This document shows positions 62,899 to 64,000 of a DNA stretch of 64,000 bases, one piece after another. Below the pieces are notes generated by a model. The model had not been told where the DNA came from and searched no databases. It saw only the letters and a list, made by a program, of their open reading frames with translations. Origin of the DNA: a bacterium (GTDB taxonomy: Bacteria; Bacillota; Clostridia; Lachnospirales; Lachnospiraceae); assembly GCA_023666335.1 (NCBI GenBank), contig JAMPCE010000001.1, positions 103,116 to 167,115 on the forward strand, written 5' to 3'. The translations under genes and the position numbers were made by a program. The stretch's first letter is position 1. Each line of letters starts with the position of its first letter.

Positions 62899-63764
62899 GT
62901 CCAATCGTCAGGAAAAAAGGAGAAAAATTTACGTTACCCGGTAAATATCTCCTTTTTATTTTAACAATCCTCTGCACCGCTTTGGTGCTTTTGACCTTTA
63001 ACACCAAGATATTCAGCGGTCCGCTGTCTGCGGTGGCAGGTTATATCGTGGTTCCCTTTGAGGAGGGGATCAGCGTGGTGGGAAGCTGGCTTTCCGGCCG
63101 CTCCGAGGAACTGGTGCAGATCCGGGAACTGATCGCGCGAAACGAAGAACTGGAAAGACAGGTGGATGAACTGACGATCGAGAATACCAGACTCCAGCAG
63201 GACCGCTATGAGCTGACCAATCTGCGGGAGCTATACAGTCTGGACGCGCAGTACGACGAGTACGAGATGACGGGAGCGCGCATCATCGCCAGAGATTCCG
63301 GAAACTGGTTCCACGCTTTTGTCATCAACAAGGGCGCGATGGACGGCATCGCGGTCGATATGAACGTGATGGCGGGAAGCGGGCTTGTGGGAAGAATCGT
63401 CGATGTGGGACCAAACTGGGCGAAAGTAAAGTCCATCATCGCGGACGATTCCAACGTGAGCGCGATGGTGCTTGCAAGCGCCGATCACATGATCGTTTCC
63501 GGCAATCTGAAACTGTATGCCTCCGGCGTGATCGAGTTTGGGCAGCTTGTGGACAGCGACGATGTAGTGGTGGAGGGCGATAAAGTGGTCACTTCCGATA
63601 TCAGTGACAAGTATCTGCCGGGGATCCTGATCGGCTACATCAACACCATCGCGCCGGACGCTAACAACCTGACAAAATCGGGTCATATTACGCCCGCCGT
63701 CGATTTTGAGCATCTGGAGGAAGTGCTGGTGATCCGGCAGTTGAAACAGACCGTCCCCGATTAA
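62895..63764 (+). CDS. mreC: Rod shape-determining protein MreC
   Basis: N-terminal TM helix, coiled coil, then a beta-domain. It overlaps the mreB stop by 4 nt. Confidence 0.9.
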   Translation: MSPIVRKKGEKFTLPGKYLLFILTILCTALVLLTFNTKIFSGPLSAVAGYIVVPFEEGISVVGSWLSGRSEELVQIRELIARNEELERQVDELTIENTRLQQDRYELTNLRELYSLDAQYDEYEMTGARIIARDSGNWFHAFVINKGAMDGIAVDMNVMAGSGLVGRIVDVGPNWAKVKSIIADDSNVSAMVLASADHMIVSGNLKLYASGVIEFGQLVDSDDVVVEGDKVVTSDISDKYLPGILIGYINTIAPDANNLTKSGHITPAVDFEHLEEVLVIRQLKQTVPD

Positions 63765-63778
63765 AAAGAGGAGATTTT

Positions 63779-64000
63779 ATGAGATTGAAACGCGGTATTA
63801 TTACAGCATTACTGATTTTCATCTGTTTCCTGCTGCAATGTACGGTATTCCGTGCACTTGCATTCGGGGGCGTCGTACCGAATCTCCTGATCGTGCTGAC
63901 GGCTTCTTTCGGCTTTATGCGCGGGGAGAAGACGGGGCTTCTGATCGGCTTTTTCAGCGGGCTTCTGGTCGATATCTTTTTTGCCAGCGTGATCGGGTTT
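63779..64000 (+). CDS. mreD: Rod shape-determining protein MreD, N-terminal part. The 3' end is truncated by the window edge.
   Basis: MRLKRGIITALLIFICFLLQCTVFRALAFGGVVPNLLIVLTASFGFMRGEKTGLLIGFFSGLLVDIFFASVIGF is hydrophobic. RBS aaagaggag. Confidence 0.7.
   Translation, partial: MRLKRGIITALLIFICFLLQCTVFRALAFGGVVPNLLIVLTASFGFMRGEKTGLLIGFFSGLLVDIFFASVIGF

Overview
This 64 kb window reads as a core chromosomal segment of a spore-forming Firmicute (Clostridia-type). GC content is roughly 55-60%, coding density is high, and I found no CRISPR array, IS element, integrase or phage genes.

Housekeeping genes, in order:
- partial class II fructose-bisphosphate aldolase at the 5' edge
- SpoIID/LytB-domain protein and YihY/BrkB membrane protein
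- pheS-pheT behind a Phe T-box leader
- M18 aminopeptidase, queA, VanZ-like protein
- aroA and tyrA on the minus strand
- GNAT acetyltransferase
- an EF-G-family paralog with degenerate GTPase motifs
- a 1624-aa secreted surface protein with Ig-like repeats and a C-terminal beta-helix
- leuS
- NusG-II protein plus Gx transporter
- ruvA ... ruvB, zapA, U32 peptidase
- SEDS protein plus class B PBP, and an HD-GYP protein
- a sporulation-type cluster (DUF2953/YtfI-like, GerW/YtfJ, small proteins, a C-terminal J-domain protein)
- GNAT, rpmB, asp23, yloV, recG, degV
- a second M18 aminopeptidase
- miaB-mutS-mutL-miaA
- PLP-dependent YnbB-like enzyme
- DUF4321-radC-mreBCD, with mreD partial at the 3' edge

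Observations most worth a second look:
1. A three-gene minus-strand operon headed by a 76-aa Cys/Gly/Asn-rich protein. It is an internal tandem fusion of two YjcZ-like tiny transmembrane units and has its own intrinsic terminator.
2. Two copies of a roughly 150-165 bp intergenic MITE-like element with 28-bp terminal inverted repeats, lying after degV and between mutS and mutL.
3. ruvA and ruvB are separated by about 6.2 kb. The insert carries a heterodimeric ABC exporter (one degenerate and one consensus ATP site) and a divergently oriented DUF1538 permease with a tandem PII-like protein.
4. The EF-G paralog has its switch-II catalytic His replaced by Phe and its NKxD motif replaced by TDMD.
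5. A roughly 136-bp nested imperfect palindrome lies upstream of the DUF4321-radC-mreBCD promoter.
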